Assembly (NCBI GenBank): GCA_043228905.1
Contig: JBHGNT010000016.1
Span: 17,856,001-17,920,000 of the forward strand
Length of the DNA: 64,000 bases
From: Azolla caroliniana
Taxonomy: Eukaryota; Plantae; Polypodiophyta
Reading direction: 5' to 3'
Shown: piece by piece, positions 22,362-35,231 of the stretch
Numbering within the stretch: the first letter of the stretch is position 1
How the letters are laid out: each line of letters opens with the position of its first letter
The notes under the pieces: model-generated
The model's database searches: none
Told to the model about the DNA's origin: nothing
Seen by the model: the letters and a program-made list of their open reading frames with translations, nothing else
Position numbers and translations under genes: made by a program

Positions 22362-24815
22362 TCATGCCCACGCTTCCAACGTTGATACATTAAGGTCGGT
22401 CAGTTGCCCTCGAGCAGCAGAAGTGTAAATGAAGTTTCCGTGCAGGAAGGTTTGGTTAAATACTTGGAAATTGAAGCTTTGTGTGAAATGAGAACCGTCC
22501 CATGAGATAAAGTTAACAGGATTCGGGCATACATACAATGATGTGGTTTCATTTGAGCAAAAGTATTCAGTATCACTATATCCAAATGGATATGTCGGTC
22601 CCGCTCCACAACAAGCATCGAGTGGATGAGTATATCCTGCAAATGTGTCACAATGATTGAGCCCCTCCACTTGTATGTATGTGTAAAACAAGGTCATAAT
22701 GAAATCTTCGCGATTTAAAACTACTGTTAAGAGCTTTGTATGAATACGAATATGAATGCATGAAAGAGTATTCGTTTAAAAAAATAAAAAAGGAGCATTC
22801 ATAAACTCCATTCTTTTTTAGTCTCCTAGATATAAAAAAGGGGATTTTGACAATAAAAAGGGGATATTTTACTTGAGGATAAAAAGGGAACTTAGACAGT
22901 AATAACAATTTTATATGTATGTAATGGATGTAAAACTTAAAAGTATTTGTTTTATTTTTAATAAAAAATAAAATGAAGGCTCATTAATTCTCCCGTTTTT
23001 AGAGTCCCAAATTTTGTGTATATTTTTATGTGACCTTAAAAATGGTACTCCATACTAATTATATTTCTATAATACATGTAAAAATAAATTCAATTTTCTT
23101 TAAATAATAAATAAATAAAGGTTCAAAACGAATGGTTTAATAATATTCTTTGGGCTATTTCGTGTGCTCTCGAATATTGCGAATATCACGAATATCATGC
23201 ATGTGTCAACCTATGGTTGAGAGTTTTAAAACCTTTTACTTACCGAGATCTTGCGCATGGTCCATGACATATACATTGGCAGCGTATAAGTCGAGGAAGG
23301 TGTATGTTGCGTCGGGGTGTAGGTCACCGAGATCATTAACAAGCGCGAGTAGTTGCTCGGCATGAGCACGGGCGATCTCATTTTGAGGAGCAAGACAATT
23401 GTGGGAGTCTTTGGGGAAGTCCGGGTATAGGGCTAGAAAGGCGGGATGGCAACCTTGGGCCGGAACACCAACCAACAAGAAGTTCCTAGCCTGGCTTTCA
23501 TTGTAAAGTGTCTATAAAGGATCAATCATGAAATCATGTTAGAAAAACCAATGTGGGTGATTTTCTTTTTTTAGTAACACTTTTATTACTAGTGGGAAAT
23601 CTCAAAGTGAGGTGAAACCAATGTGAGTAATTAAGTTGAAGTTTAGTGTAAGGTGCAAGACAATGTGGGTAGACATATGTACAGCTACCTACCTCTACAG
23701 CAATCCGGATTTGATTCACAACTTGGGGCACTACTTGGGTGACTACATCTGTAGGTGCGAAATTATAAGTTCCAATGTAGGCCTTGTAGTCTAATCCACC
23801 TATTTGGATGACATAGAGGCCACCTCGGACAGCCTCTATGCTCGGGAGGGGCTTCTGATTCGAGAATCCATGGTTCCTCGCGGCTCGATCTGCCAACGAA
23901 TCCATGGACGAAGACGAAGACGAAGAAGAAGAGCGGTTGAGAACTTCGTAGAGGAGATCGAGGTGCAATGAGATCTGGTGCGGTAGCGGGTAGTCCATAA
24001 TGTGAAGATCAAGGGCAGTTCCACCAGGGATCGCATAATTCGCTCCGTGGCTGAAGTCGAGGAACACGTTGAGCCATGGGTTGATTGGCGGGAGGCCGAC
24101 GTGCTCCGCTACAAACACATGGGTTTTTTTTTTTTTTATACACATGAGGAAGATTTAAAGATTGAATGCTTGATGAATTGTTAATGAACAAGAAAGAATT
24201 TATACACACACACACACACATATATATATATAGGAAGCTTTAAAGATTGAATGCTTGATGAATTGTTAATGAACAAGAAAGAATTTATACACACACACAC
24301 ACATATATATAGTAGTAGTAGTAGTAGTACCAAGATAGTCGCAGATGAGGACACGGCCATCGGTGAAGCGGCCATTTCATATATATATATATATATATAT
24401 ATAGGAAGCTTTAAAGATTGAATGCTTGATGAATTGTTAATGAACAAGAAAGAATTTATACACACACACACACACACATATATATAGTAGTAGTAGTAGT
24501 ACCAAGATAGTCGCAGATGAGGACACGGCCATCGGTGAAGCGGCCATTTCCATGGCCGGGGAACGAGATCCCGAAGGGAAGCTCCCATGCCCTGGGTTTA
24601 TTGCAGAATAAGCCGTTTCCGGTGTCTTCCAACGAGTCGCCGAACACGAACATGGCAGAAGCATTCCAAGTTATAGAGCCTCCATCATTTCCTCCTCCTC
24701 CTCCTCCTTCTACATGCTGAGGGTGAAGATGAGTGATGGTGCAAATCAAGACTGTTAAGATGAGGGTGTTGACATGTTGGGGAGCCCAGCACCATATTAA
24801 CTGTGGTGCCCTCAT
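22362..24815 (-). CDS. GDSL esterase/lipase (SGNH hydrolase), ~423 aa; exons 24503-24815, 23693-24108, 23244-23511, 22362-22636
   Basis: Hydrophobic N-terminus; block I FVFGDSLEDTGN; block II GRFTDGR; GANYA; block III IGGLDY; ACCG; block V WDGSHFT. Three GT-AG introns give a phase-consistent 1272-nt CDS. Confidence 0.92.
22738..23217 (-). mobile_element. Truncated non-autonomous hAT-like element in GDSL intron 3
   Basis: Right end GTCAACCTATGG; inverted homology to 26214-26310 and to 31100-31155. Confidence 0.6.
24148..24550. repeat. Tandem duplications in GDSL intron 1, including a second copy of the exon-1 3' end and donor site
   Basis: Three copies of the TTTAAAGATTGAATGCTTGATG...(CA)n unit. 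24330-24380 duplicates 24501-24550. Confidence 0.85.
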
Positions 24816-25244
24816 TTTCTTCTTCTGTAGTTCTCTATTTTGCCTTCTTGCTAAAGTACTCTTTCTACTTCAACCCTCACTCTTTTGTACCTCTCTCACC
24901 CTTCCACTTCTCTCTTATATGAATGAAGGAAAAAATGAGAAGCATTGTGCTTTAAGAGTAAAGATTTTGTATGTAGTTATTAACATTATCTAAACAAATG
25001 TTTGTTGTTTTCTTGGTTGATCTTTTTGAGTATAACAACTTGGAACGAGACAAATTATTGGAAACCTGATATATATATATATATATATATCAGCCTTGTT
25101 TACAATTACTTAATGCATCTAAGTACATAATCTCTCTTTCTATTCTACCTTGGAAACATCTCCTCTCTCTTTTTATTTATCTTTCTATATTGTATTGTAT
25201 TGTATTGCATCTGTTGTATATATTTTATGTACGGCTTGTGTGCA

Positions 25245-25293
<49 letters not shown>

Positions 25294-25457
25294 ATTCACA
25301 TGTATGTTTATTTATGGATGCATTGTATTGTATTGTATTGCATATTTTGTATATATATATTGTATGTACGGGTTTTGTGTATGTATCTATGTTTGTACCG
25401 TAGTATTCTATACACCTGGATAAAGTGTGATCATGTCCGTAACATTTATTGTACTAA

Positions 25458-25577
25458 CATGTATAGAACACGTTCAACATGCACATGTATAGAACACGCT
25501 CAACATGCACATGTATAGAACACGCTCAACATGCACATGTATAAAACACGCTCAACATGCGCATGTGTAGAACACAT
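25458..25577. repeat. 26-bp minisatellite, ~4.5 copies
   Basis: Unit CATGTATAGAACACGCTCAACATGCA. Confidence 0.85.
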
Positions 25578-25946
25578 GCCCACACATTTAGCATTAAACT
25601 CAAACGCACATACACCACATGATCGTCACTATTCAACCTCATCGAGGTTCATAAATGTGAAGAACGAGCGAATCTAGGGCTTGGACGGCCCTGAACTCGT
25701 CTTGGGAATCTCGGATGATCAGGGCCGTCCAAGCACGGATAAGAAGAAAAGTAAATAAAAAGGAAAAAGGAAAAAGAAACTCAAAAAAGTTAAAGTAATC
25801 ATGCACTCTCTCTCTCTCTCTCTCTCTTCGTAAATAATGGCTTTCATTACGAAAGAAAAATACACTACAAACTATAGAACCTTCTATCTATCGCGGGATC
25901 TAAAGAATACTACGACACCAAACTCAATGCCACCCTACACACCAAA

Positions 25947-25979
<33 letters not shown>

Positions 25980-26214
25980 CATGCTTCCTCTCGTGATTCT
26001 GTTTCTTATGGTGCACATCCACACTTTAATCAAATTCTATTTGTACAAGCAGGCCTCAATGGAGAAACATATCCATGACGCATATTCTTAGGTGTTGGTT
26101 ATGATTGACATAATTATTGGATCTGTGTCTATTACTATGCAGAGTTAGTTTCTATAATTCTTCGTATTCGAGCGGTATATCGACCCACACTCCTTGCAAA
26201 ACCGTAAGGCAAAC

Positions 26215-29200
26215 CATAGATTGACCCATTCGTGATATTCGTAGTATTCGACATCCGTAATATTTGAGAATACGAAATGACCCCAAGAATATTACAGAAC
26301 CATTCATTTATTTATTTATTTATTTATTATTATTTAAAAAAATAAATATTTTTACATCTATTATATAAAAATATTATTAGTGTGACGTCCCCTTTTTAAT
26401 CTCAAGAGAGTAAAAAGTAGGGAATTAATGAACCTTTTATTAATTTTTTATTTTTATTGTTTTATTAAAAACAAAACAAATACTTTTAAGTTTTTTATCT
26501 ATTATAAGAATACTATTAGTCTGAGATCCCCTTTTTAAAACGAGAAAAATACGAAATTTTATGGGAACCTTTTATTTATTCTACTTATTTACATATTTTT
26601 ATTTATTTTTTTCTTTATTAAGAAATAAAAGAAATACACTCTTTTTTTTCCAAAATGAAGCTACTTCCCCATTAGTTAGGTAAGATTATTACAAAGAGAC
26701 TGTACAAGGAGGCTTAAGCATAGAACGGGGAATCCCCCTCCGCTCAAGTCCTAGAAATCGAGACTAGTTACAACGCCTTTCGGACGGACTACTTAGTGTA
26801 AGTACCAATAGCTAAAACAATGCCCTGTATTGATGACTAGTACGAGACAACTCTTGGGGCCGACAACAGAGGGAGGGTGGTAAGTGAGTCAGAAACAGCC
26901 AACGTGGGGGTTGGTAGTTCCACCTCGGGCCACTTCCTCCTAGTGTCACCATAGGCGTGTTCCGCCATTTCTGCCAAAAACGCAAACGGACAGTATCCAC
27001 GTCAGAGGAGTGGCTGCAAACCTCGTCCAATTGCCCTCGTAGGCAGCTAATAAGCACAAACCATATGTCCATGATCACTTCCTCCGGGGGTCACACCAAA
27101 TCCTGGAAGACCTTTAGGCAACGCGCTTTCCATACGTACCACACGGTGAAGCCTACGATCAGCATCCAAATGTTCGGGAACCTAGGGGATGCGAACTGCA
27201 AGCCTTTCTCAAATCGAATCTTGGAGATTTTTCCTTGCATGCATACATAGCACCAACTATCCGCATTGAAGGCGTCCATCCACCTATCACTAGAATGATC
27301 AAGCCATGCCGCAACACTCCACGCTGTTGTTCCTTCCACTTCACATGCCGCAAGGAGGCGAGTCACCCTATCCCATACCTTTTGAGCATGAGGGCAATCC
27401 CATAGACAATGCCTCAGAGTCTCAATAGGTGAATGGCAAAGTGGGCAGCCTAACGGGCCGCCACGTTTACCTAGCCATTCGCCAACTGGAACCACATTAT
27501 GCTCGATTTGCCACCAAAAAAACTTTATCTTTTCCGGCAAGTGGAGACGCCAGAGACCCTTCCAAAAGGTACTAAGCACCTCATCCGGGATGCCCAATGT
27601 ACGCCAACCATTGCGAAGGGGGCCGTGTAGCTGCAGTTGAAAGGCTCGACCTAGTTTAGTGTTGTACTCAAAGAAATGGTGAAATCTACCATCATGTTTC
27701 CACCTGAAATCCCCTGGGTCCCATTCTAGTTCGACGAGGGGACGACAACCATACACCCATAACTTCCAATGGGGTTCCACCTTAGCAACATCCGGGTCTG
27801 TCTTCCAGATGTTACCAACCTGTGCCACCACGCGGATAGGGTGCCAAGAGCCCCTACTCTGACTCTCCCCAAAAATCCTATCTCTTCCCGATCCGCTCAC
27901 GCCCTTCAGTGCCTTAACCCTTCCAGCCTCATCAAAGAGACCGAACCAAGCATCTTCTCTCACCTCCCCCACCGGAACCCTATCAACTGCATCAGCTAGC
28001 AATCTCCGCATTTTCATGGCTCCCTTGAGGGGAGGGGATGGGACCTCCTGGGCTCCTCCTAAAGCCATCGTGCGTCTCCAATCATCTAAAGAGTGAAGTC
28101 CTGTTTGCGCCAGCTTTCCCCATGCTAGGCCCTTAAGTTGGCCTAACATCATGTTGTCACGTGTTCGCACCTGAGGGTTCCAAAATAATGGTTGTCTAGA
28201 CCACTCGGTTAGTGTCGCCGGCGTGTGTTTGACCAAATGATGTCGTACGTGACACCATGCCCGCAAGATGGAGTTTGTGACCCTCTCCTCCGGAAGACAA
28301 GCCATCTTGGGTGGGACGCCGCTCGTGCAACACCAATTCAAGGAGTCGGGCCAAGGCCTGCCATACTTGGGAGTCCCTGCCTGCAGCCTATTGCGGAGTA
28401 GAACCTTCCAACACCCCTTACCTGGCAGGAGGCAATGAACCACCATTTTGGCTAGCAATGCTCGACTCTACATTAAGGGGTCGATGAGGCCAAGCCCCCC
28501 TTTGGCCCGCGGTTGTGTTAACCAATGCCATGACACTTTGGCAGCAGCCATCGAGTTGTCCTTTCCTGACCATATAAACCCCATGATGGTAGCCTTAACT
28601 GCGCGCAAGCCTGAAGGGTCCATAATCCAGCACGAGACTGAGTGCCACATGGTGGCGAGCATCACTTGGTTCGCAATAAGAACCCTCCCAGCAAAGGATA
28701 GTTTAGACCTGCTCCATTGGTTCATCTTCTTGCTTAGTTTGGCTTGCACATGTGACAATTGCGCTCCCTTGGGGATTGCCCTCCCCATCGTAAATCCGAG
28801 GTACTTGAATGTCGTCCCGTCAGGGACCCATGCAAAATCAGCATGGGGATGCCACCTTGGCTTCTCTTGTTCATTGAACCAGAGGCCTTGGGTTTTATCC
28901 CAATTGATCTTGGCACCGGCAGCCTGACAAAAGTCTTCAACAAGATGTTCAGCTCGTTGTAGATTTGCATCATCACCCTGCAAAAAAAGGATCGTATCGT
29001 CGGCATATTCAGATAATAGAAGATCCTCAGTCGCATTGGGGATGGGCAATCCCCTTAGTCCGTTGCTTGGTGCTTGTAAGAAGGCTGAGAAAGCCTCGGT
29101 TACAAAGAGATAGAGATATGGGGCTAGGGGACAGCCTTGCCTCACTGAGCGATGTAGTTGGAAGGTGGGGCCCCTTGCACCAGCTACCAACACGCTACTA

Positions 29201-31200
29201 GTAGCAGTCCGATAGAGTGCAGAAGTGCAATTCCTCCATTGCAGGGGAAGGCCCATAGCTCTCATCACTCTTTCCAGAAAGGGCCATAACACCCTGTCGT
29301 AGGCCTTCTCAAAGTCTAACATTAGAATAGCCGAGCTCAATGCGGTGCTATCTGCCAATGCCATAACTTCCCAGAGAAGCAGCACATTGTCAAAGATACA
29401 CCTACCTTTGATAAACCCTGTTTGATTTTCATGTATGATGTCCGGTAGGAAGCTTGTTATTCGCCTAGCTAGGACTTTTGCGAGTATCTTGTATATCGTG
29501 TTAAGGATCGTGATTGGGCGCCATTGGCGTAGCTCGAGGCTTCGCCCTGCCGCTTTAGGGATGAGATAGATCATTCCCTCCGCTAGTCCAGTTGGCATCG
29601 CTCCTGAGGACCAAATCTCTTGAATCCCAGCTTCCACTATCGGGATAACGGTTTCCCAATGAATCTCAAAAAAATCTCGTGAGAGACCATCAGGACCGGG
29701 GCATGCTCCTCTCAGCAAATCCCGAAGTGCCTCCGAGAGTTCTAATCGAGAAATGGGGTTATCAAGCACAACTTCCATCTCTTGGGTGACCTTGGGGTGA
29801 ATGCAAGCCATCACTCTCTCAACCAGCTCCGAGTTTTGCTGCATATGCATAGGTGTGAGCAGGTCGCGATAGTATTGGGTTGCCATATGCAGAATCTCAT
29901 CCTTGTCCTCCGTTATTGAGCCGTCTGTTTTGCACAGCCCTTGTATATGTCCACCACCACCCTTGGGTGCCCTGGAGTGAAAGAAATGACGGTTGACCTT
30001 GTCGTCTGTTCTAGCCCACCATGTTGCGGCCCTGCGAAATAGCATGCGGTTCTTCTCCAACGTCCTGTCCCGCAGCTTCAACTTTGCTTCCCCCAACTTA
30101 GCTCTCGACCAATTGCAACTAGGGTCTGCTTGTAGCAAACGTTGCGCGGCCGCAACGGACTTTCGCAATTTTGTTTCAATGGCTCTAGCCTGTTGGAGGG
30201 CCACCTTGGTTTCCTGTTGTAAAAAGGAGGAGAGGGCCAGTTTCTTCTGCAAATCCTCACTGGTCGATTCACTTACACTGGTCCCTCGCCATATGCTCTG
30301 TAACCCTGCTTTCACCTTCATGATCTTTGTGGGGATTTTCATAGTGAGACTCCCCTTGCTACCGCGCGGTGGGTTAAGGTCTAGTCTCATCGGCTGGTGA
30401 TCCGAGAAGGTAAGACCTGCCAAGATAACGAAGGAGCCCCCCAGCTCTTCAAGGGACGAGCTTTTGTATATTCGGTCTAGCCGCGCAAGACTACCACCCC
30501 TAGAAGTCACTGTAGCGCGGGAGAAGTGTAGCGAATGTGAGCATCTCCTAAGGGAAGATCCCCATGTATCCTTCACCCCAATTTTCCCAATTAGGAAAGC
30601 CTAGGAGTCCAACTCCGCACCATGAAGCGGGCTTTGGGTCCCCCCTTTCCTATCTCCCAGATGCTCAGTCATGTTCTATATCTATTCTAAACATATTATT
30701 AGTGTGAGGTCCCCTTTTTAATGTGAGATAAAAATATGAAATTTATGGGTACCTTTTATTTATTTTATTTTTTTACATGTTTTTTATTTTTTTATTGTTT
30801 TATTGAAAAATAAAACAAATAATTTAACTTTTATATCTATTCTAAAAGTATTATTAGTGTGAGGTCCCCTTTTAATAATAGATAAAAATATCAATTTTTT
30901 GTGGGAGAGTAAAAAGTGGGGAACTAATGAACCTTTTATTTATTATTATTTATTAAAAATAAAATAGCTTTCAAGTTTTTTATCTATATTATAAAAATAT
31001 TATTTAATGTAAGTTTCCTTTTTAATGTGAAGTTAAATATCTCCTATTTAATGTGAAAGTCTCTTTGTTATATGATATATTTAAAAACTAAAAAGTATGA
31101 ACTCTTTTTTTTTATTACGAATATTTTTTTCATGCATTCTTATGCGTATTCGTATGCATTCGTTCGGTAACCCCCACGAATGTGAATATGTCAATCTATG
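26215..31200. mobile_element. Non-autonomous hAT-like element (TIR CATAGATTGAC...GTCAATCTATG) split by an L1 insertion
   Basis: 11-bp perfect TIR; AT-rich internal subrepeats (TATTATTAGTGTGAGGTCCCC) on both sides of the L1. No matching TSD. Confidence 0.65.
26642..30674 (-). mobile_element. 5'-truncated L1 LINE with largely open ORF2 (28468-30576, 27091-28458)
   Basis: LDRIY...SDHQP endonuclease end; RT PGPDG, WRPITIL, DFEKAYD, RQGCPLAP, YADD; zf-RVT CPLC...HCLWDC; poly(A) at 26642-26649. Confidence 0.92.
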
Positions 31201-31272
31201 GAGCCTAGAAGTATGTTAGTTAGTGTTTATTACTATCTGTTTATTAATTTTAGGCCAAATGCATATATTTAG

Positions 31273-31929
31273 TAGCAACGGGCACGGTTTCGGCTCAAAC
31301 CTAACCGAACCGTAACGGTTTATTGGTTCAAATATAAATAAACCGTTTGGTTTGGTTTCAAATATTATGATCCGGTTTGGTTTCGGTTCGATTCGATTTT
31401 GAATTTCATGGTTTAGCGGTTTTTCGGTTTCGGTTCGGTTTGGTTTTGAATTTCACGGTTTAGCAGTTTCAGCTTATGTGGTTTGGTTTTAAGGTTTAAA
31501 AGTTTTGAAGGTTTATTGATTTATAGGTTTGGTTTGGTTTTGAATTTCACGGTTTAACTGTTTCAGCTTATGTGGTTTGGTTTTAAGGTTTAAAAGTTTT
31601 GAAGGTTTATTGGTTTATAGGTTTGGTTTGGTTTTGAATTTCACAGTTTAACTGTTTCAGCTTATGTGGTTTGGTTTTAAGGTTTAAAAGTTTTGAAGGT
31701 TTAAAGATTTAAAGGTTTATAGGTTTATAGGTTTATCGGGTTATAGGTTTGGTTTGGTTTTGATTTATGATAAACCTATTTGGTTTGATTCTAAATTTTT
31801 CATAAATGGTTTGGTTTAAATGGCTTCATAAGAATTTAAACAGTTTGGTTTGGTTTTTAATATAAATAAATGGTTTGGTTTGGTTTGGTTTCAAGGCCAA
31901 GAAACCGAACCGAACCGCGCCCATTGCTA
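31273..31929. mobile_element. hAT-family MITE with AACCG-rich subterminal repeats
   Basis: TIR TAGCAACGGGCACGGTT / AACCGCGCCCATTGCTA; 8-bp TSD ATATTTAG / ATATTTAA (1 mismatch); internal ~90-bp triple repeat. Confidence 0.8.
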
Positions 31930-32485
31930 ATATTTAATTTGATACCAATGTGCTTGTACTGGCCTAACTATGCTTGAGTCTTAAGACCTTTTAGCTGAAT
32001 ATATATATATATATATATATGCAGCTTTCGAGTATCATTGTTGAGAACATGTATATAACAGATATAAGATATCTAGCTCATCATGGAAAACTTGGAAGTT
32101 CCTTATACGTTGACCCCCCTACATCCATCAATACAAATTTGTTAACGATAAGTTACATGGTGGATGAATGTCTTGCACAATCTAAACATGATCTGGTCCT
32201 TACAAATTTTTTCGAATGCATACGATATTTAGGGCATAATTATGGACCACATTATAAAACCCCCACAATTCATTCTTTGTTTGGGTGATATGAGCACATA
32301 TTACATAATGCTCTCAAAAAGCATCCTTCCGGGCTTCACATATAATATGAATCAATGCATGATTTAAACATTAACAGATTGTGTACCTGTCAAATAAATC
32401 CTTTCAGGTAATTAGACAAGGCCATACTATATTTATCTCATGCAAATGACCATATTATATGTATCTCAAGTCATAATATTACATG

Positions 32486-32967
32486 TATCTCAAACCATAA
32501 ACATCACTAGATCTGAGATGCATCATTTCAAAACAGTAAAACATGACCATATTCCACAAAATCTTATCTCAAAACCATAAACATCACTAGATCTGAGATG
32601 CATCATTTCAAAACAGTAAAACATGACCATATTCCACAAAATCTTATCTCAAAACCATAAACATCACTAGATCTGAGATGCATCATTTCAAAACAGTAAA
32701 ACATGACCATATGCCACCAAAATCTTATCTCAAAACCATAAACATCACTAGATCTGAGATGCATCATTTCAAAACACTAAAACATGACCATATTCCACAA
32801 AATCTTATCTCAAACCATAAACATCACTAGATCTAAGATGCATCATTTCAAAACAGTAAAACATGACCATATTCCACCAAAATCTTATCTCAAAACCATA
32901 AACATCACTAGATCTGAGATGCATCATTTCAAAACACTAAAACATGACCATATTCCACCAAAATCTT
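32486..32967. repeat. 80-81-bp tandem repeat, ~6 copies
   Basis: Unit AAACCATAAACATCACTAGATCTGAGATGCATCATTTCAAAACAGTAAAACATGACCATATTCCACAAAATCTTATCTCA, nearly identical copies. Confidence 0.92.
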
Positions 32968-33115
32968 GAAAAGCCTCATTGTAGAAAATCATACACGACC
33001 ACATTACACAAATCCCCAATGCATCATTGCATAAAACCATACATGACCACACAAACACAGATAGATATATTCAAAAGTGAAGAAAAGTTAAAGTAAATTT
33101 GCCATTTAACGCATA

Positions 33116-33839
33116 TGTGGTCACTCTTTGGAATCGATACCTCACTGTTTTTGGAATTGTGCAGAGGCAATCAGCATTTGGGGTCGAAGTCTCAGGATAG
33201 TGGCAGCATGCGGGGTGAATGGGAGAGTTGTGTGGGGGTCCTTACAGGGTTTGAAACTAACTAAGGAAGGTTGGGTGGAACAATTAAATCCACATGGTCA
33301 TGGTTTTATATTGCAGGGCGGCAGTGTATTCAAAAGTGTGGGAGTAGAACCTGGTACAAACTCTGGTTTTTTTGAGGAGATATGGATGTTGGTGGCATGC
33401 TTCTCGGTCTGGCACATTTGGACCAGACGATGTATGCTGGTTTTTCAGCAACGAAAACTCCCAAGCGGTGAGGTGTTGCTAAACATTTGGTTCGAGCTGG
33501 TATCTTGGCTGCGCGGACAGTACAACTCAATTGAAGGGAACTCGGATGCAGCAGACAGGGCTCGCTCAAAGTTTTTGCTGAAATGGGGTCGCTCTCCTAT
33601 GATGGTTAATTCAGCGTCTGGTCCTAAATGGAATTACCAAGCACCAAGATGGCTGTTTCCGCCATTGGCTTCGTTGTGAATATGTGGTCACCATGGTGGT
33701 CACTATGTAAAAAGAGGCAGTGGGTTACTCTTGTTGTAAATAGTTAGGTGAGGATTATGCTGTTTTGATTATGGCTGTTCTTCGATGTAATTCTTTTGCT
33801 AACTAATGGGAAGTAGTGTTTTTTTTGGAAAAAAAAAAA
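33116..33839 (+). mobile_element. L1 LINE 3' fragment with poly(A)
   Basis: ESIPHCFWNC...WHIWTRRC...WNYQAPRWLFPP; A-tail 33829-33839; same family as 45323-46217. Confidence 0.85.
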
Positions 33840-34653
33840 CCATTTACATAACACTGAGAAGATACAATATGGGAGATTGTGTATTTATAGAAGTTGAAAT
33901 TGAAGATGCACTACTCAATTTTTTGTATTTCCAGAAGTTGAAATCTTCTCATGTCCATGAACCCTACAAAAGGCACCAAACAAGGTTACCATTCAACAAT
34001 GTACAAATATGAAAGCGGCAAATAAGAAACAATTATCGATTTAGGAATGAGAATCAAACCTGGCAAAACTGAATTTAGACCAAAGTCTGAGCAAATCTGT
34101 TTGAACAAATGTGCCTGCTATCTTCAATTTTAAGTTTCCCCCTCAGTATTATATATGCTAGTTAAATGTTAGTGACGATTATCTTAAATCATATCTTTGG
34201 AGGTGCCAAGCAAATGAAACCATTTGTTCATGGAGGCTTGTTAAATGTTAGTTAAGATGATCTCAAATCATATTTTCTGTATGTAGGTCAACAAAATGAG
34301 AAGTCCAAGCTAAGAAATGAGATGATGAAAACATAAGAATGAAAACAGAGAAAAAAAAAACAGAAATCATAGAGATGATGACATTGGAGATTGCTGTCAT
34401 CATTGTGAGTAGCCAGCCATATGAGGATAAAAACAGAGAAAAAACAGAAATGATAGAGATGATAACATTAGAGATAGAAAAACAAAAAAAAAACAAAAAA
34501 AAAGAAAGAAAGAAAGAAGAAGCATAAAGACATATGAGGAAAAACAAAAAAAAAATTAGAGAAAGAAAAAGAGAAATGTTGTATTTGCATACCACCACAT
34601 TTTGAGGTCTAATAGAAACGAGGAACTTACCACAAGATCCTGTGCACGAATCT

Positions 34654-35111
34654 TAACAATCAGCAACGGTTTGGTTCGGCTTAAACGGTTTCAATCGACA
34701 ACTGTTTGGTTCGGTTCGGTTTAAACGGTTTGAAACTGTGGTAAATTTAGTTTGGTGGTTTTTTAATTTTTAATTTTTAATTTTAATTTGTTTTTTAAAA
34801 CTTTTGTTGTTAAACAACCTTTTCATGTTAAAGCCTAATTCTCACATTTTAGGAAAAATCTTTAAAATTTTGAAAAACTAAAATTTTGAAATAATGAGAA
34901 ATTTTAATATTTTAAATTCTAAAATTTAAAACTTGAATTTTGACCTAAATTGAAAACCGAAACTGAACAGCGAAACCGTGGTTTTAGCGTTTTAATGGTT
35001 TAACTATTTCGATTTTTACCTAACGGTTTCATGGTTCGGTTCAGGTTTCAAAAAAATTTAACGGTTTCATTTGGGCACTCTCGAACCGAACCGAACCATT
35101 GCCGATTGTTA
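34654..35111. mobile_element. hAT-family MITE sharing TIRs with the 6.2-kb hAT element
   Basis: TAACAATCAGCAACGGTT...AACCATTGCCGATTGTTA; AACCG repeats; no TSD. Confidence 0.7.
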
Positions 35112-35231
35112 TAAATGATAACATCAACATTCGTGGTCCATAATATAATTTGCAACCCATAAGTATGCATGTATATATTTATAACCATGCATAGATGAAT
35201 ATCATTGTAACTATATTGGGAACTCTACCAT

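Noticed and set aside
32486-32967. Regular repeat resembling a CRISPR array
   Set aside because: No unique spacers, no cas genes, and a eukaryotic context.
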